This document shows positions 36,229 through 49,624 of a stretch of 64,000 nucleotides of DNA, piece by piece. Position numbers and translations under genes: made by a program. Position 1 is the stretch's first letter. Each line of letters starts with the position of its first letter. The notes below the pieces were generated by a model that saw only the letters and a list, made by a program, of their open reading frames with translations, was not told where the DNA came from and did no database searches. Source of the DNA: Podarcis filfolensis (taxonomy: Eukaryota); assembly GCA_964270895.1 (NCBI GenBank), contig OZ185436.1. The stretch is one strand, 5' to 3'.

Positions 36229-36304
<76 letters not shown>
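36229..36304 (+). repeat. (GT)18(GA)20 compound microsatellite
   Basis: Counted directly. Confidence 0.97.
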
Positions 36305-36306
<2 letters not shown>

Positions 36307-36649
36307 GAGATCAGAGGCTGCAGGCCAGCAGTGGGTGGGGCCAGAACCAAAAAGTAGATGCATCCATCCCTCTCCCTTCTTTCCTTCCTTCCTGTCTAGC
36401 AAGCTGCTGAGGGAGGAACTTTTCAATCCTACCAACTGCTGCCTGAACTGATTTCTTGCAGAGGGTTTGTCCTCTTTCTGCTGCTGCTCCATCCATTTCA
36501 TCTTCTCCCACCCTACCCTAATTGATAAGTTTAGTCACCTCACAGGACTGAGGTGTACAACATTAGGCAGTAGTCATTCATCAGTCTGAGGGACCCATCA
36601 AGTGAGTCATGATGCAAGTTAACAGCAGAAAGCTCGTAATTGTGCTATA

Positions 36650-36875
36650 CAGTGGTACCTCAGGTTACATACGCTTCAGGTTACAGACTCCGCTAACCCA
36701 GAAATAGTGCTTCAGGTTAAGAACTTTGCTTCAGGATAAGAACAGAAATCGGGGTCCGGCGGCGCGACAGCACCAGGAGGCCCCATTAGCTAAAGTGGTG
36801 CTCCAGGTTAAGGACAGTTTCAGGTTAAGTATGGACCTCAGGAACAAATTAAGTACTTAACCTGAGGTACCACTG
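36650..36875 (-). mobile_element. Tigger-like MITE, family A (reverse)
   Basis: TA TSD, TIRs. Confidence 0.88.
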
Positions 36876-37026
36876 TATATGAGGTGACATAATGGAACTA
36901 CCAAAATCGAAGGTGGAGATGGAGGTGTGAGCTTGTATTTGTGTTTTAAATTGTTTATTTCTGACATAATTTGAAATATTTCAGCATTTGGATATATTTT
37001 GCCTAAACGGTCTTTTAAGTATCGGT

Positions 37027-37168
37027 TCATAGAATCATGGAATTGTAGAGTTGGAAGGGGCCATGAGGTCCTGCCCCCTGCAATGCAGGAATCTTTCACC
37101 CAAAGTGGGGCTTGAACCCACAGTCCTGGGATTAAAATTCTCATGCTGTACTGACTGAGCTATCCAGC
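37027..37168 (-). mobile_element. SINE with tRNA-Lys-like head and CR1-type tail
   Basis: Reverse strand GGATAGCTCAGTCAGTACAGCATGAGAATTTTAATCCCAGGACTGTGGGTTCAAGCCCCAC...CCCTTCCAACTCTACAATTCCATGATTCTATGA. Confidence 0.75.
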
Positions 37169-38146
37169 CTCGTGTTTTATTCAAATTTGAACCACGACAT
37201 GGGTTGCAGATTGTGGATGATTTGAGCTCAAGCGCTGTTTCACTCAGAAATGTTTTATTTTGGGAGGGAGTACGCTCTCGAGGACACATATTTAGTGAAG
37301 GGTTACACTGTGGCTTGCATGTGTGTTGCCTTTTTAATTTAGCTTATATAGCTGCGGGAAAGCTAAATATAGCCTAGCGCCTATGCCAGGGGGTTTAATC
37401 CGGCTCCTGTGGCAGTTTATCTTCTGGGGTAAAATCCTAAAAAAAAGTTCAATAACTTCAATCCTTAAAAAACTGAACAACTCTGGTTGGCCTCACTTCA
37501 TCATATCTGACCCTCTTTGAAAAAAGTTTGGGCACCCCTGGCCTATGCACACTTTTTGTAGCTTGCACAAGGCTAAGGCAGAGCAAAAGCTACTTTAGAA
37601 AACGAGACAAAAATGTATCCTGTTTTCAGTATATGTCAAAGTACAGGCTTTCAATTATACATATACAAGCCTCGTCTTCCTGCTGTTTCAGTTTGGTGGT
37701 TGTCCCTTCCCTGCTAAGTACAGTAGGTTCTATTAAAACTACCTGTGTAACCCAATACATACAAGCTGGTATGACTTTGACTGGAAGGTTATACTGAGTA
37801 AGATAATACGCAACTTGTACAGCAGCAGCAGCATTGCTGGACGATCTGTTGGTACTGACTGTCCAAACTACCATTAGTTTGCTTTCTTATAGCCTAACTC
37901 TTGAGCTTAGTTATGAGTGCTTTGCTACTTGTTTGGCACTGTACTGTCTCAGTGTTAGATGTCCTGCTTGTGGGCCTCCTATACCATATGCATTTTTGTT
38001 AGCCACTGGGAAACAGGATACTGACTAGACAGGTTTTGCTTTGATCCAGCAGGACTCTTCTTAAGTGACTTAGGTTAAGTAGGGGTGGCTCAGAGCAGCT
38101 CCTTTCTGCAGTTAATCATGAGCGTTAACCATCTCTTTTCTTACAG

Positions 38147-38248
38147 GCTTCTGAAGAGCTTCTCAAACAGCACTATATTGACTTGAAAGATCGGCCGTTC
38201 TACCCTGGTTTGGTTAAATATATGAATTCTGGGCCTGTAGTACCCATG
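38147..38248 (+). CDS. NME2: NME2 coding exon 2
   Basis: [34 protein letters not shown]; AG/GT flanks; KQHYID, PGL and YMNS are NME2-type residues. Confidence 0.96.
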
Positions 38249-39208
38249 GTAAGTGGTTTTATGTAAACTTAAACATCAGACTCATACCTGATACTCTCCA
38301 GGTGTGGTTCCAACTTCCATTAGCCCCAGCCAGCATGGCCAATGGTCATATAGTTGTAGCCCAGCTGCCACAGGTTAGCTTACCTCTCTTTTAGGCCTTT
38401 GTGGAAAAGTAAGGAAAGGCGAGATGGTGCAGGTTTGTAGTAATTTATCAGTTCTGCTCTGCAGCTAATTCTGATTCCCTAACAAGCCGCCTCTTGTTTC
38501 AGAGTAGAGGAAAGAAATACCGGGGATGAAATCTGAGGGTAGCTCTGCCCCTTCCTTGGTGAGCAAGATCAGAATAGGCAGCCCTCTAGAGTGGGTGACC
38601 AATTAAGATGGGGCCTTTTAAAAGATCATTGGGACTAGAAATATTAATTCATCTTAGAATCTTTTTTAAAAACTTCACTGAATTTGTTGCTTTGTTTTTT
38701 CTTCTCTGCTAACAGTGAAACAATGAAGTGCTTGGCTGTTTCCAGAATAATTTCCTCTTGCAGTCTGCTAACGCTGCTGCGAATGTTGTGCAGACAGACC
38801 CTAATTTGGTTTACTAAGAAGTGAATCCACTTAGAATTGTGGTACTTGCAAGTGGGCATGCTTTGAACTGGCCTCTTCATCTTTCAGTTAGAAAGGGTAG
38901 AGAAGGAAAAAGCCCTAAACATTCCCCACCTTATTTAAAAAGAGAAACTCCCGGGACCTGCTGCACAGATGTACAGCAAGGGTGTAATTCAGTGTTGGGC
39001 CATTGCAAATGTTCTGTCTTCACAAGCATATCAGTTGCCTGACAAAATGACGCATGCCCCCAGAACGTGGTCTTCTGAGGATCTCTCAACCTGCCAGAGC
39101 CTGTTTCATTTCACAAAGAACACACTCCATAAGAAAAGCTCTCATCACTTTCATCACTGGTCAAGTACCGTGGTTAAACATATGTGCTAAACCAGTTTAT
39201 TCTTGCAG

Positions 39209-39321
39209 GTTTGGGAAGGACTCAACGTGGTGAAGACGGGCAGAGTGATGTTGGGGGAAACTAACCCAGCAGATTCCAAGCCTGGCACTATCCGTGGCGA
39301 CTTCTGCATTCAAGTGGGCAG
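39209..39321 (+). CDS. NME2: NME2 coding exon 3
   Basis: [37 protein letters not shown](R); 113 nt. Confidence 0.96.
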
Positions 39322-39844
39322 GTTGGTACTGGGATTTATATTTATCTGTATTAAATAAGACTTGCAAGGTGCTACTGAAGTACTACTAATTATCAAAACC
39401 TTTAAAAGAAAATGTTCAGAATACATGCCTCACTATTTAAAAGAGAAGACTGGGTAGTGTAAGCATATCTCCAGCACAATAAAATGCTTTTGTGTTAACA
39501 GGATAAATTGCGCGTTCCGCTTGCTTTTGTCAAACAGCTTAACTGTTCGCTTATTTAAGGTACTGATGATCCAGAGCTAGCTGATAGCCATTCATATACC
39601 CGTGAAACTACCTGTACAGTTGGCCGGTCATTTGATTAAAGGCGATGATAGGTTCATTTTGTGTGTGTGACTAAGAAATCCTTTAAGCTAAACTGACTGA
39701 CTCTTGTGGATACTTTCTTATCAACCTAGACATTTCAAATGTGTAGGCTTAGCTGTCAAGTAGTCTGTTCCAGATTCTTATTTCAGAAATGTCTCTAAAT
39801 GCTACACAAGTTTTGTAAACGGTATTCCTTGGTCTTCCCTGTAG

Positions 39845-39962
39845 GAACATAATTCATGGCAGTGACTCTGTGGAAAGTGCTCAGAAAGAGATCAATCTGT
39901 GGTTCAAGCCTGAAGAACTTGTGAACTACAAACCTTGTGCTCATGATTGGGTTTATGAATAG
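39845..39962 (+). CDS. NME2: NME2 last coding exon with the catalytic His
   Basis: (R)[38 protein letters not shown]; 153 aa in total. Confidence 0.96.
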
Positions 39963-40072
39963 ACTAGTCCTGGTGACAAGTTCTGCCTTCTTCCAACAAA
40001 GCATCTCATTCCATCCACCTGCTGTCCTGGGAGCAATTATCACGGTTACCTTTGTGATTATTGGCATTAAGA

Positions 40073-40078
40073 AATAAA
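40073..40078 (+). terminator. NME2: NME2 polyadenylation signal
   Basis: AATAAA 110 nt after the stop, with U-rich sequence downstream. Confidence 0.75.
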
Positions 40079-40849
40079 ATATGAATTATTAGTTGTTTTC
40101 ATTTCTTCATTTTAGAGAAACGAAAAGGTAGCTTATGAACAGTTTCTGTTGTAGATTTACTAGGAGTGCCCAGCAAATTAAAAATAGCCTGGCAAATGTA
40201 ACTATTGCAAATTAAAGCTTCACTGGAGCTTGTGCATTGTTTCTCAAAGTGGTTTAGGACTATTAGCTCAAATATGTGTTATAAATGGAGATGTGTGAGA
40301 GCTCTTTTGAGGATCCTGAAGGAAGTCTAAGCTAGCTTGAACAATTCATTGAAGAAACAAGCTACTGCTTTCTTTTTCAACAAGACAGAAGATGAAATAT
40401 TCCTTACCACAGGACTGCTTTCAGAATCCAAGATCAAGCCCAGCAATACTATAGGAGAGCCATGTTTTAGAAGCCATAATGATGTTGGCTGAACACTGCT
40501 GATCAAATTTGTCAGACCAGGGAGGAAGCTGCTGCTAATTTAAGAAATTTCAACTCCACAAATTTTAAGTGATTAAGACTAAGTTGTGTGACTCATATTG
40601 GGGCTGCAATTGAATGTTAACAGTGTGAAATTCTAATGTTCCAGAAACTGTTGTAGGAGATCCTAGGCCATATCTGATAATGGCTGTGTTTATCAAACCC
40701 TTTGATTATTATTGCAATTTCACCATGAGAACAGCAGCCTTATTGGCGTTCTGTGTGACCAGGCTCTGGTTTTCTAAGCAAATTGCTGCTGTTAAGGATT
40801 CATGTTGGCGTCACCTGAAAATGAGAGAGGAAAAGGTCCACCCACCTGG

Positions 40850-43800
40850 CTTTACTTTTAACATTTTTATTTTGTGTAAAAAAGGCAAATTTAGTGAATT
40901 ATTTTCATCTTGTACACAAAGTTATAATTTTTAATGCTTTTTTTCACATCCATGCTTGAAAATTTGCAGTCTGGTAAAAATGAAAGTAACATTAATTTCA
41001 TCAAAAGCATTTTCACTGAGTTATATACATTTCATTAGAGGTTTTAAAACGCTCCCATTTGACCACACAAGTTACCAGAAAATAAAAGATTAAATTTATA
41101 CAGATATTGATCTATATCAAATACATACAGAAATGATGTAAAAACCCTATTCAACTTTTTTTTTTTTAAACTTCTGCCCTGATTGTTTTTCCAGGGCAAA
41201 AGTTGATGCTTTTTCTTCTTCTTTTTTTATAAATGGCTGAGACTTTACTTAAATATGAAAATTAAAAAGAAAAAAAATCAATTTAATCACAGTTTTAATC
41301 CCTTTCCAATAAAGGATTGTTACCAAATATATTAGCACCATAATACAAATATTGATGGGAGAAGGTGTTCACATCACATAAAAATGACGACGACAATAAA
41401 AACGAACAAACACTGAAACCCGTGTTAGTATCAATAGAACAAGAAACTGATAACTGCTTTTGCTTTTGTCAGATTCAGCAAGGAAATTTAAAACAAAACA
41501 GGGTCGGCTGTAAAAAGAAGGAGCACTTACAATGCAACTTGACCTTGTCTGTGGTGCCTTCTTGTTTATATATTAAAAAAATGTGCGCCAAATACTGAAA
41601 ATAGCTGACCCTTTGCATCAGTACAGGCATCAAATCCCTGACCAACTCTTCCCCCCTCCCCCACACCATCCCAATTTTGTGTTAATTAGTTCACAGTAAA
41701 ATAAAGAGAATGTTCTTCGAGCTAAATTATACAAAAAAAAATGCATGCATACCAAAGCAATTAAACCCAGTACTAAGAAAGCTCACTGCCACCCAGTCAT
41801 CATCTGTATTAAGAGGCCACAGACAAATGTTGCTTAGAATCAACACTGAATAAACAAAGCGAAGGAAGTAATAACCCCAGGGAACTAAGCTGGAACAAGG
41901 GAGTCATGAAGCAATTTTAATAATAGGTGTTTCCGCAAATAAGAAGTCTATCATACACACGTTATGTATTGGGATGTGGTATTCTGCCTACAGGCAGAAA
42001 TTGGGGTGGATTAGATTGGCAGTAGTACCAATTTAACATGTATGCAGATCTACCTCCAGAAACCCAAAGACTAGCAACGTAGCACTAATCAAGATGATCA
42101 CCCTTGTAGCATGGTTCTAGGTCTGACAAGGTCCAACAGGTCCCTGGGACTATTTCAGGTTGATGTGGTAAGGATCAAATGTGGCTGTGGATGTTCCAGG
42201 AGCTGCCGTATTCAACAGAGGTAGGAGGAGGATTTCCACCTTTGATCCTGACAGATTGCATGACTAGCAGAAATCCAGCAGGTTCAGTGTTCAAAGCATT
42301 AAATGTGCAGTGATGAAGAAAGTTGTACCTTCTGAACTTCTGCCATTATATAGTTGTTAGATGCGGAATTTCTGTCAGGTAAAAAGGGGGCAATTTCACC
42401 TAAAGGGTATGTTGTGTTGCGTGAAGCTCAAGATTGGATTTTATGACCATACAGGACTCAATTTACACACAAATCTTAAGCTCTCTTTCTGGCTTTCTTC
42501 TCCTCTTGACAGAGGACACTAGTCTAGGCCTTCTCCTGTATCTTTTTTTATATATTAAGCAGTAATATGCAAGTGGTCCCTACTGAAATCAGAAGAAATA
42601 CTTGTACAAGGGCTACTCTTAATCTTTCCAAGTCAGACCCTATGAAAACACAGGCTCTGAATGCTAGCCCCAGAGCACCACAGTCTTAACTATGCCAATC
42701 CTGCCAGAGAAAGTATACTTTATTAGGTGTGAGCAAGGCTAACAGAACTACACCTTAAAATGGGGGGGGGGGAGGAATGATTCCAATTCTCTCTGGAGTC
42801 TCTGCCTTTTAGATCATTCAATCAACTGGCCTGATGGCATGGATCATCCTTGGTTTTGAGAGGCACTGGTTTAAGGATTAACAAAAATACAGGGAGGGAG
42901 GAGGATTTCTTAGGTCCATTTGTACTGTGACTTTTCAAAATATTAGTTGAAATCTAGTGAACCCCTCTGTGGGTGTGTACACACAATGCAGTGTTTTGCT
43001 GCCCTCCCTTCAAAGCAGCCCTCTCTTGCCACATTAGAAGCTGCTTTACAAACTGGAGAAGTTTCAAAAACAGCTGCAATGCAGCATTTGTGGAAGCAGG
43101 CAAGCATTGTACCCAAGGAAAAGAAAATGAAGGCAGCTCACTTAAGCCGAAATCTTTTTAGAGAGAGAGAATATCTAATTATCACCTAAATTTGACACCT
43201 GATAATCAGTTTAAAAATATGTATACATGAAGCAGTCAAAAATGGCCCAGCTATAGGGGGAGGGGGGGGGAAAGACTAGAAATTGTTCTCATACATTCCT
43301 ATACTATACAGAAAAAATGTACTTCCAGTAGTTACAAAATTTTATACCATTATCCCCTCTTGCATAGAATGTGGTAAACCTTTGCATATCACCAATGGTA
43401 TGTACCCAACAATAGAGCAAGTTAATTAAGAAAAGAATCAAAATTGCTGGTTTTCAACTTTCTATGCGTTTTTAAAAATTCAAAACATATGCCAAAAAAT
43501 CATCTCTGGGGTTTTGCAAGTTGCCAATGTAAAGCGTTAGGCTTAAAGTGTGTAGAGGTTAATCTATAGGATTACTTTCTTCTAAGTCCTACCCTAGAGT
43601 CAAGAATTTGACATTTATACTGCTCTAAAGAGGACCTGCAATGACCCAGAAGCAGTTACAGAACATAAGCAGTTAATTCCTGAGAGTTTAGTTAATGAAC
43701 CTTACTGGTAAAAGCAAAACTCTTGACACGCATCATCATCCTGTCACAACACCACAGAGTGGCAATGTCAGCATGTTAGTTCTGAGAATGAAGCCATCTG

Positions 43801-44918
43801 CGAATATCCACACAGATTCAACTCTCGGAGGAAAGATTCCAGGTTCTTCAGCATTCTTGCCACATCAGTCATTACGTGTTCTCGAAAACCTTTTGCTTGA
43901 AAATGGTGTCCGCAGCCAAGTCAAAGAAAGCAGGAGGCCTAAAAGCAGGGCCATGTCATCCTTGGGCAAGCCAGTTCAATTCATAACCCAAAAGCTCTTC
44001 CAAATGGGTAGGGAAAGCAAAATGACATGTCCTCCTCTATTTGCCTCAGCTGTGTCTTCCACCGGGATGGAAAGCAGGCCTGTCACAAAGTTTCTGTAGA
44101 AAAGGGCCTTTTGCGTCTGCCTCGTTTTCCTTACACAAGAAAAAAAAAGTCACAAACACATGTCCATTTTGTAACCTCTCCAGCCGAAACGTGCTGAAGC
44201 TTTGCTGATCATTTCCATGAATATCCCGACATTTTAAAATGTGAACAGGAAACGCAATGCAGCAGTATCCGGCCCAAACCCGATGGCCTCCCAAAAGCTT
44301 GGACCTCAGCTTCGTTCTCCAAAAATTTAAGCACAAACTCTTGAAAATTATGTTGCCACTTCCAGGAGGAACTCTTTCCAGACTCCATTCTTCCAACCTA
44401 TTTTGGTATGTCTTCACCACCCCTAAGATCAGAATCCCATGATTTCACCATGGAAAAGACAGGGTATGACTAGTGTAGCTTTAAATTCAGAATCTCCCAG
44501 CTTGTACCAGAAGGCTCACTTGTTACAAACAGTTCATTTGCTTTTTTTTTTCTTCAACTAAATACTACCACCTCATCTTCTTCAAAGGGTTTCCTGCAAT
44601 CCTGCTATAATTAAGCTTTTAATTCTTACCAAAAAATTAGAATCTCATTTTTTTAACAATGCGCAATAAATCTGAACTCGAAAATATTACAAAAATTCTT
44701 TTAAAAGCTTCAAATACAACACAAGTGTCAATTATTTTTAATAAATTGAAAAATCTTTTTCACTAAAATAGTTTCCTCATCCTCCAAAAATTCTGAATTG
44801 AAATCTTATCTGCAGTTAGCAAAGTGCCCTTAGTAGAAGCCATCAAACTGTATCTTCAGAATGGGAACATCAGTCTTGAAGAAAGGCTCTTTTTGTACCA
44901 TCCTGCCCTGATCTGCCC
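40850..44918 (-). other. MBTD1: MBTD1 3' UTR (~4 kb), candidate PAS at 40866-40871
   Basis: AT-rich region after the stop with few recognisable TEs; TTTATT on the plus strand is AATAAA on the minus strand; the distal end is inferred. Confidence 0.55.
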
Positions 44919-45037
44919 TTAGGGTTCTTGTTTGATGTAGTGGCTGGCTGACCCATTGCTTTCCTGGTCAGATGCTCCTTGAAGAAAGTTGTATTCCTCT
45001 CCATCTAGCAACTCCTCCTTCAGCTGCAGTGAGGAGA
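44919..45037 (-). CDS. MBTD1: MBTD1 last coding exon
   Basis: (I/V)SSLQLKEELLDGEEYNFLQGASDQESNGSASHYIKQEP*, matching the known MBTD1 C-terminus; acceptor TTTAG; phase 1. Confidence 0.95.
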
Positions 45038-46712
45038 CTAAACATGAAAAAGGAGGTTTGAAAAATGAAAAGTTGGTGAACATTGGAAGACACAGGGAGC
45101 AACACATTTCCTTTCAGTTCAGACTCTGAAATTTTCAAGCATGCTCCAACTTGTTGTTACCTCTGTAACAAAATGTAAACCCCCACAATTTAACACTGAA
45201 AAAATTAAGTACAGACATTGAAAAATACTGAACTCATGGGCTGTAATTGAAAATGTGACTAAGAAAAGGAAGGAGGAAAGAATAGGTGATTCGGTTATGA
45301 CCTTTTAGTACTATAACTGTGGAGAGATTTGCTTCCCATTCAGCAGAATCCTCCTCTTCAAGATACAACATTTCCACTCATCATAAGAAACATTTGGGAG
45401 GAAAACAAGGCATTGATTGTTGAACGAATACAGCATAAAGGACTAAGCAGAAATCCCCTGTATTAAGTTATTATTTCATTTTACTATTATCTATTCCATT
45501 AAAAAAAAATCAGTGTGTATTTCAACCTTTCTATTATTTGCTCTCATGTGCATGCCCTCTTCTATTAACCACTATTAGTATATTAACAGACTGGGAAACT
45601 CAGGCTGAGAGTGATTTTTCTTAAAAACACGAGTGAGATCCAGCTGAGATGGGATTTGGAACTCAGATCTTATAGGATCAAAGTCTAACACTCTGTGGGA
45701 CCTCACATTGGCTTTCCTAACTAAAAGGCAAGGAAACAGGATGAGAAACAATACTTATTGGAGGAAAATGTTTTGTCAAGCTCCTACAAGCTAAGCTATT
45801 TGTGCCGTTGCCCAACTTTTAAAAAGTTGATTGACTGGATGTTTCAGTTTATTAAATGTGCACAAATCTGCTTACTAGTAAAAAAAAAAATTCTGAAATT
45901 GTACTTTTCATTGGTGAAGGCACAATTTTTAAAAATGTGTTAACTTTTCTCACATAATCTCCCAGCTGCTAAAATGGTACCCACCCCCGCTTGAACACAT
46001 ACAATTGCAATAATTACAAATAAGGAATTTCTTTTCAAATAGACAGGAATTAAGTGAAATTTAAATATAGGGGACGTTAGGTACAGCAGTGTTCAGGCTG
46101 CTTGATGAAGAATGTGATGGGAATGTTGCAAAACCACACAGGCAACGCAGAATCCAGTCCCAGAATCCTGTGTTTTCACCCCAGTGATAGTTTTATATAG
46201 GATTCAAAGTGGGACACAATCACAATTACACAGAGGTTTCAAGAAGGTTGAAATACTGTACATATTACATAAGGGTCGTGACTAAGCCAAAACGTGCATG
46301 GACCCATGATAAACAGCTGAATCATTTGTTCTGCTCAACAGCAAAAACCTCCCTAGTTTTAAGGAAGATTCCTTGCACACAGAAATCCAGCAAATTAGGG
46401 AGAAGCTAGGCTAGATTCCTTCTCCTAGTTTTCTGTATAATATATATATAGAGAGAGAGTGAGCATTCAGGTCCCCACCTATGGTCTGAAGTACTACATC
46501 TCAGCGAGAGTTTACCACCTCAGTGAGCGCTGGGCCTAAACCCAAGATACTGATCTTGGTAGATGATTGCTCAGACCCATAACAAACACTTTTCATGACA
46601 TCAACAGAACAAGCAGAATCATTCACTCGACAGCAGCCATTTTGGTCACACAGTTAAATATCCTCCTACATTCTATGTTAATTATGACAGCCTTTCATAT
46701 ATTTAAAAAGTA

Positions 46713-46789
46713 CAGGGTGATTCATCATGAAGTATACAGTTTCCATTTATAGTGAATGGGAACTGTAGACTTCATGATGAATCACCCTG
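46713..46789. mobile_element. 77-bp hairpin mini-MITE (TcMar-like)
   Basis: TA|CAGGGTG...CACCCTG|TA; 35-bp arms with 2 mismatches and a 7-nt loop. Confidence 0.75.
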
Positions 46790-46938
46790 TATTATTATGT
46801 ATTTTTCTAGGAGTATTACCCACGTTTTCCCTAGGTTCTACTTTTTTCAGCCATCCCTCACATTTTGATTCCTAGATCCAAGTCCTCTTAGATTTGCTTG
46901 CTCCCTTCTTAAAATGGCATCGCCAGAGCTTGAGCGTT

Positions 46939-47211
46939 AAGGTAAAGGTAAAGGTACCCCTGCCCGTATGGGCCAGTCGTGACCGACTCTGGGGTTGCGC
47001 GCCCATCTCGCTTAAGAGGCCGGGGGCCAGCGCTGTCCGCAGACACTTCTGGGTCACGTGGCCAGCGTGACGAAGCTGTTCTGGCAAGCCTGCACCAGCG
47101 CAGCACACGGAAACGCCGTTTACCTTCCCGCTATAAAGCGGTACCTATTTATCTACTTGCACTTAGGAGTGCTTTCGAACTGCTAGGTGGGCAGGAGCTG
47201 GGACCGAATGA
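46939..47211 (-). mobile_element. Sauria SINE, 5'-truncated
   Basis: (AAGGTA)n tail at the left end; TSD TTGAGCGTT at 46930 and 47212. Confidence 0.9.
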
Positions 47212-49078
47212 TTGAGCGTTAGTCTTCTACAAAGAGCCTCAATTTAGACTGAATAAGGCAGCAGCATTGCCTCCTTCATGTTGCACACAGTGGCTCAGAC
47301 CCACAAATCGCCACACGGAACACACATGTATCTCCATAAAGAGATGGATGGTGGAGTCAGCCTGAAAAGTTGCCCTCCTCTGTTTGGCAGGTGAACACAA
47401 CCACACACACACCCCTGATCTGACATGGATCTCCATAGGTGTAGCTCTGGGGTGTTGCATGCCAGTTTTGGGCGATGCAGTGGATGTGACCTTTGTCTTT
47501 GTATAGTAGGGTACACTCCAGCCAGGCAAAAGCACAAGGCCTTTAGGGGTGTTGCCTAGGGAGAGCCTCATTTAACCCCTAGGTCAGAGGTTCCACACTC
47601 GGTATAGTTGCATGAGGACCTTTGCTTTTCACCTAGCACAGCCCCCTTTTGCATGTAGGAGAGTGATTGGAACCGGGAGATCTGCTTCCGTCCAGATCAC
47701 CCTTGCTAAATTGGGGTATGCCAGTTTTAATAGTAATATCTTTAAAAAGTAATTCAAAACAGCATTTGCTGCCTTTTTGCCATTACTTTGGATTTCATTT
47801 TAATGGCAATTTGCCATTATATGCCAATTTGCCTCTTACCAAACTGTGGTGGCCTTACTTTTTCAAAAATAAACTTTTATTTTTCATACCTCTCTGTGAA
47901 GTTGTATGACGTTCCCTACAACAATTTACTCCGCCACTTTAAATTTCCAAGGTGCATCCACTGAATGTACTTTGCAAGTTTTACAATTGGAAGTAATAAT
48001 GGGGAAATTAACGCATTCCCTGAGGATGCAAATGAAGTGTTTTTATGAAAAAGTAGACTCACATTTTCATTATTTTTGGAATATGAGATACAATCACCTG
48101 GTTTGTAATGTAATTTGTTAATGCTTTTGTCAAAATGTATGGAATGCAAATTGATTATTATACCAATAGGATAACATGAATTACTTAAAGGATTATATTG
48201 CTCTTGAATTTTTGTGATTCAAGTGACATTCTTAAGTTTTTATCCAAAGAAGAAAAAGTGGAACTCTGCTTGCACAATGGGGATTTCTGGCTACCTCCTG
48301 CAAAACAAACCCTACACTGTCCCAACCACTTCTGTCTAGAAGAGTATGGAATAGTCTGTAGTGGAAGAGAGAAACTGGAAGAATTTATCAGAGCTGCCTT
48401 TTGACACAAGCCTCTCTACAAATTCAGAATAAAGGCCTGTTCAGATTATAATATCATCTCCAATGCTAGGGTTATATGTTTTAGTACTCCCTCCTACACT
48501 GTTTTTTTTAAAGTTGTTAAGTTTGAACTAGCATGCTAGAAATAAAGAGTATACTCTACATCTCCCCCATACAGATTAGTTGAGGAGTTCTGAAACTGTG
48601 GTCCCCAGACTACCAAGTAGACCACAAGCTTCATGCAGGTAGTCCTTGTGTGTCTGTGAAGAAGAGCAGGAGCAGTGGCTATAAACAGCAGATGCTGGTG
48701 GAGTGACGCCAGCCTTGTGCCGCTTTGTGAGGCTGGGAGCTGATCTGAATGAATTGCCCGGTGAAACATTCAGATCAGATCCCAGCCTTGCAAAGTGGTG
48801 CAGGGCTGGCAGGGCGGTGTGATCAGTGCCCCCTGGAAAAATGTGCCTGGGGCCATCGCCCTGGCAGCCCACCACTACCACCACGTTACACCCCTGGGTG
48901 TTCCTACTCAATAGTCAAAATTGGTCTACGGGAGCGGGGCTTATGGGATCATGTCCATTGGCAGATCCAGTTCCAAGTTCAATCCCCTAGTTAACACTTT
49001 CAAAAGACCTCAAAGGAAGTACAGTCAATTTAAAAGACTGCTGTACATATTGCCAACCATCTATGGATATTTGACATA

Positions 49079-49624
49079 CCGGATTTTTTGCTCTATAGGG
49101 CGCACTTCTTCCCCTCCAAAAATTAAGGGGAGATGTGTGTGCGTCCTATGGAGCGAATGCAGGCTCCTTGGCTTCAGCAATAGCAATGCGAAGCCTCCGA
49201 AGTGCAGAGGGAGCGCTTCCTCTGCGCTCCGGAGGCTTTGCGTTGCTTTCGCTAAAGCCTGGAGAGAAAGAGAGGTCAGTGCGCACCGACCCCTCTCGCG
49301 GGACCTCGCGCTGCGCTCCAAAGGCTTCAGAGATAGCCGCCTGAAGCCTGCAGAGCGCAGCGGGAGGTCCCGCTGCGCTCTGAATGCTTCGGGTTCCTTT
49401 TGCTGAAGCCGGGAGAGCAAGACTCTCCTGGCTTCAGCAGAGAGGGAGAGCTGCGCAGTGCCCCTTCAGCCAAGCGTGTGGAGAAATGGAAGGGGCTCCA
49501 TTTCTCCTGCCGCTTCGCTGAAGGGGCGCTGAGCACAGAGGTGGAGAATTTTTTTTCTTGTTCTCCCCCTCTAAAACAAGGTGCGTCCTATGGTCGGGTG
49601 CGTCCTATAGAGAGAAATATATGG
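49079..49624. mobile_element. CpG-rich Tc2-like MITE, related to the 15330 copy
   Basis: TA-flanked ends; GTGCGTCCTAT(G/A)G motifs; shared GCGCACCGACCCCTCTC. Confidence 0.8.

Noticed and set aside
46560-46680. C/D-box snoRNA-like or YY1-containing segment in the MBTD1 intron
   Set aside because: TGATG and CTGA words are present but there is no proper RTGATGA box C, terminal stem or recognisable guide.
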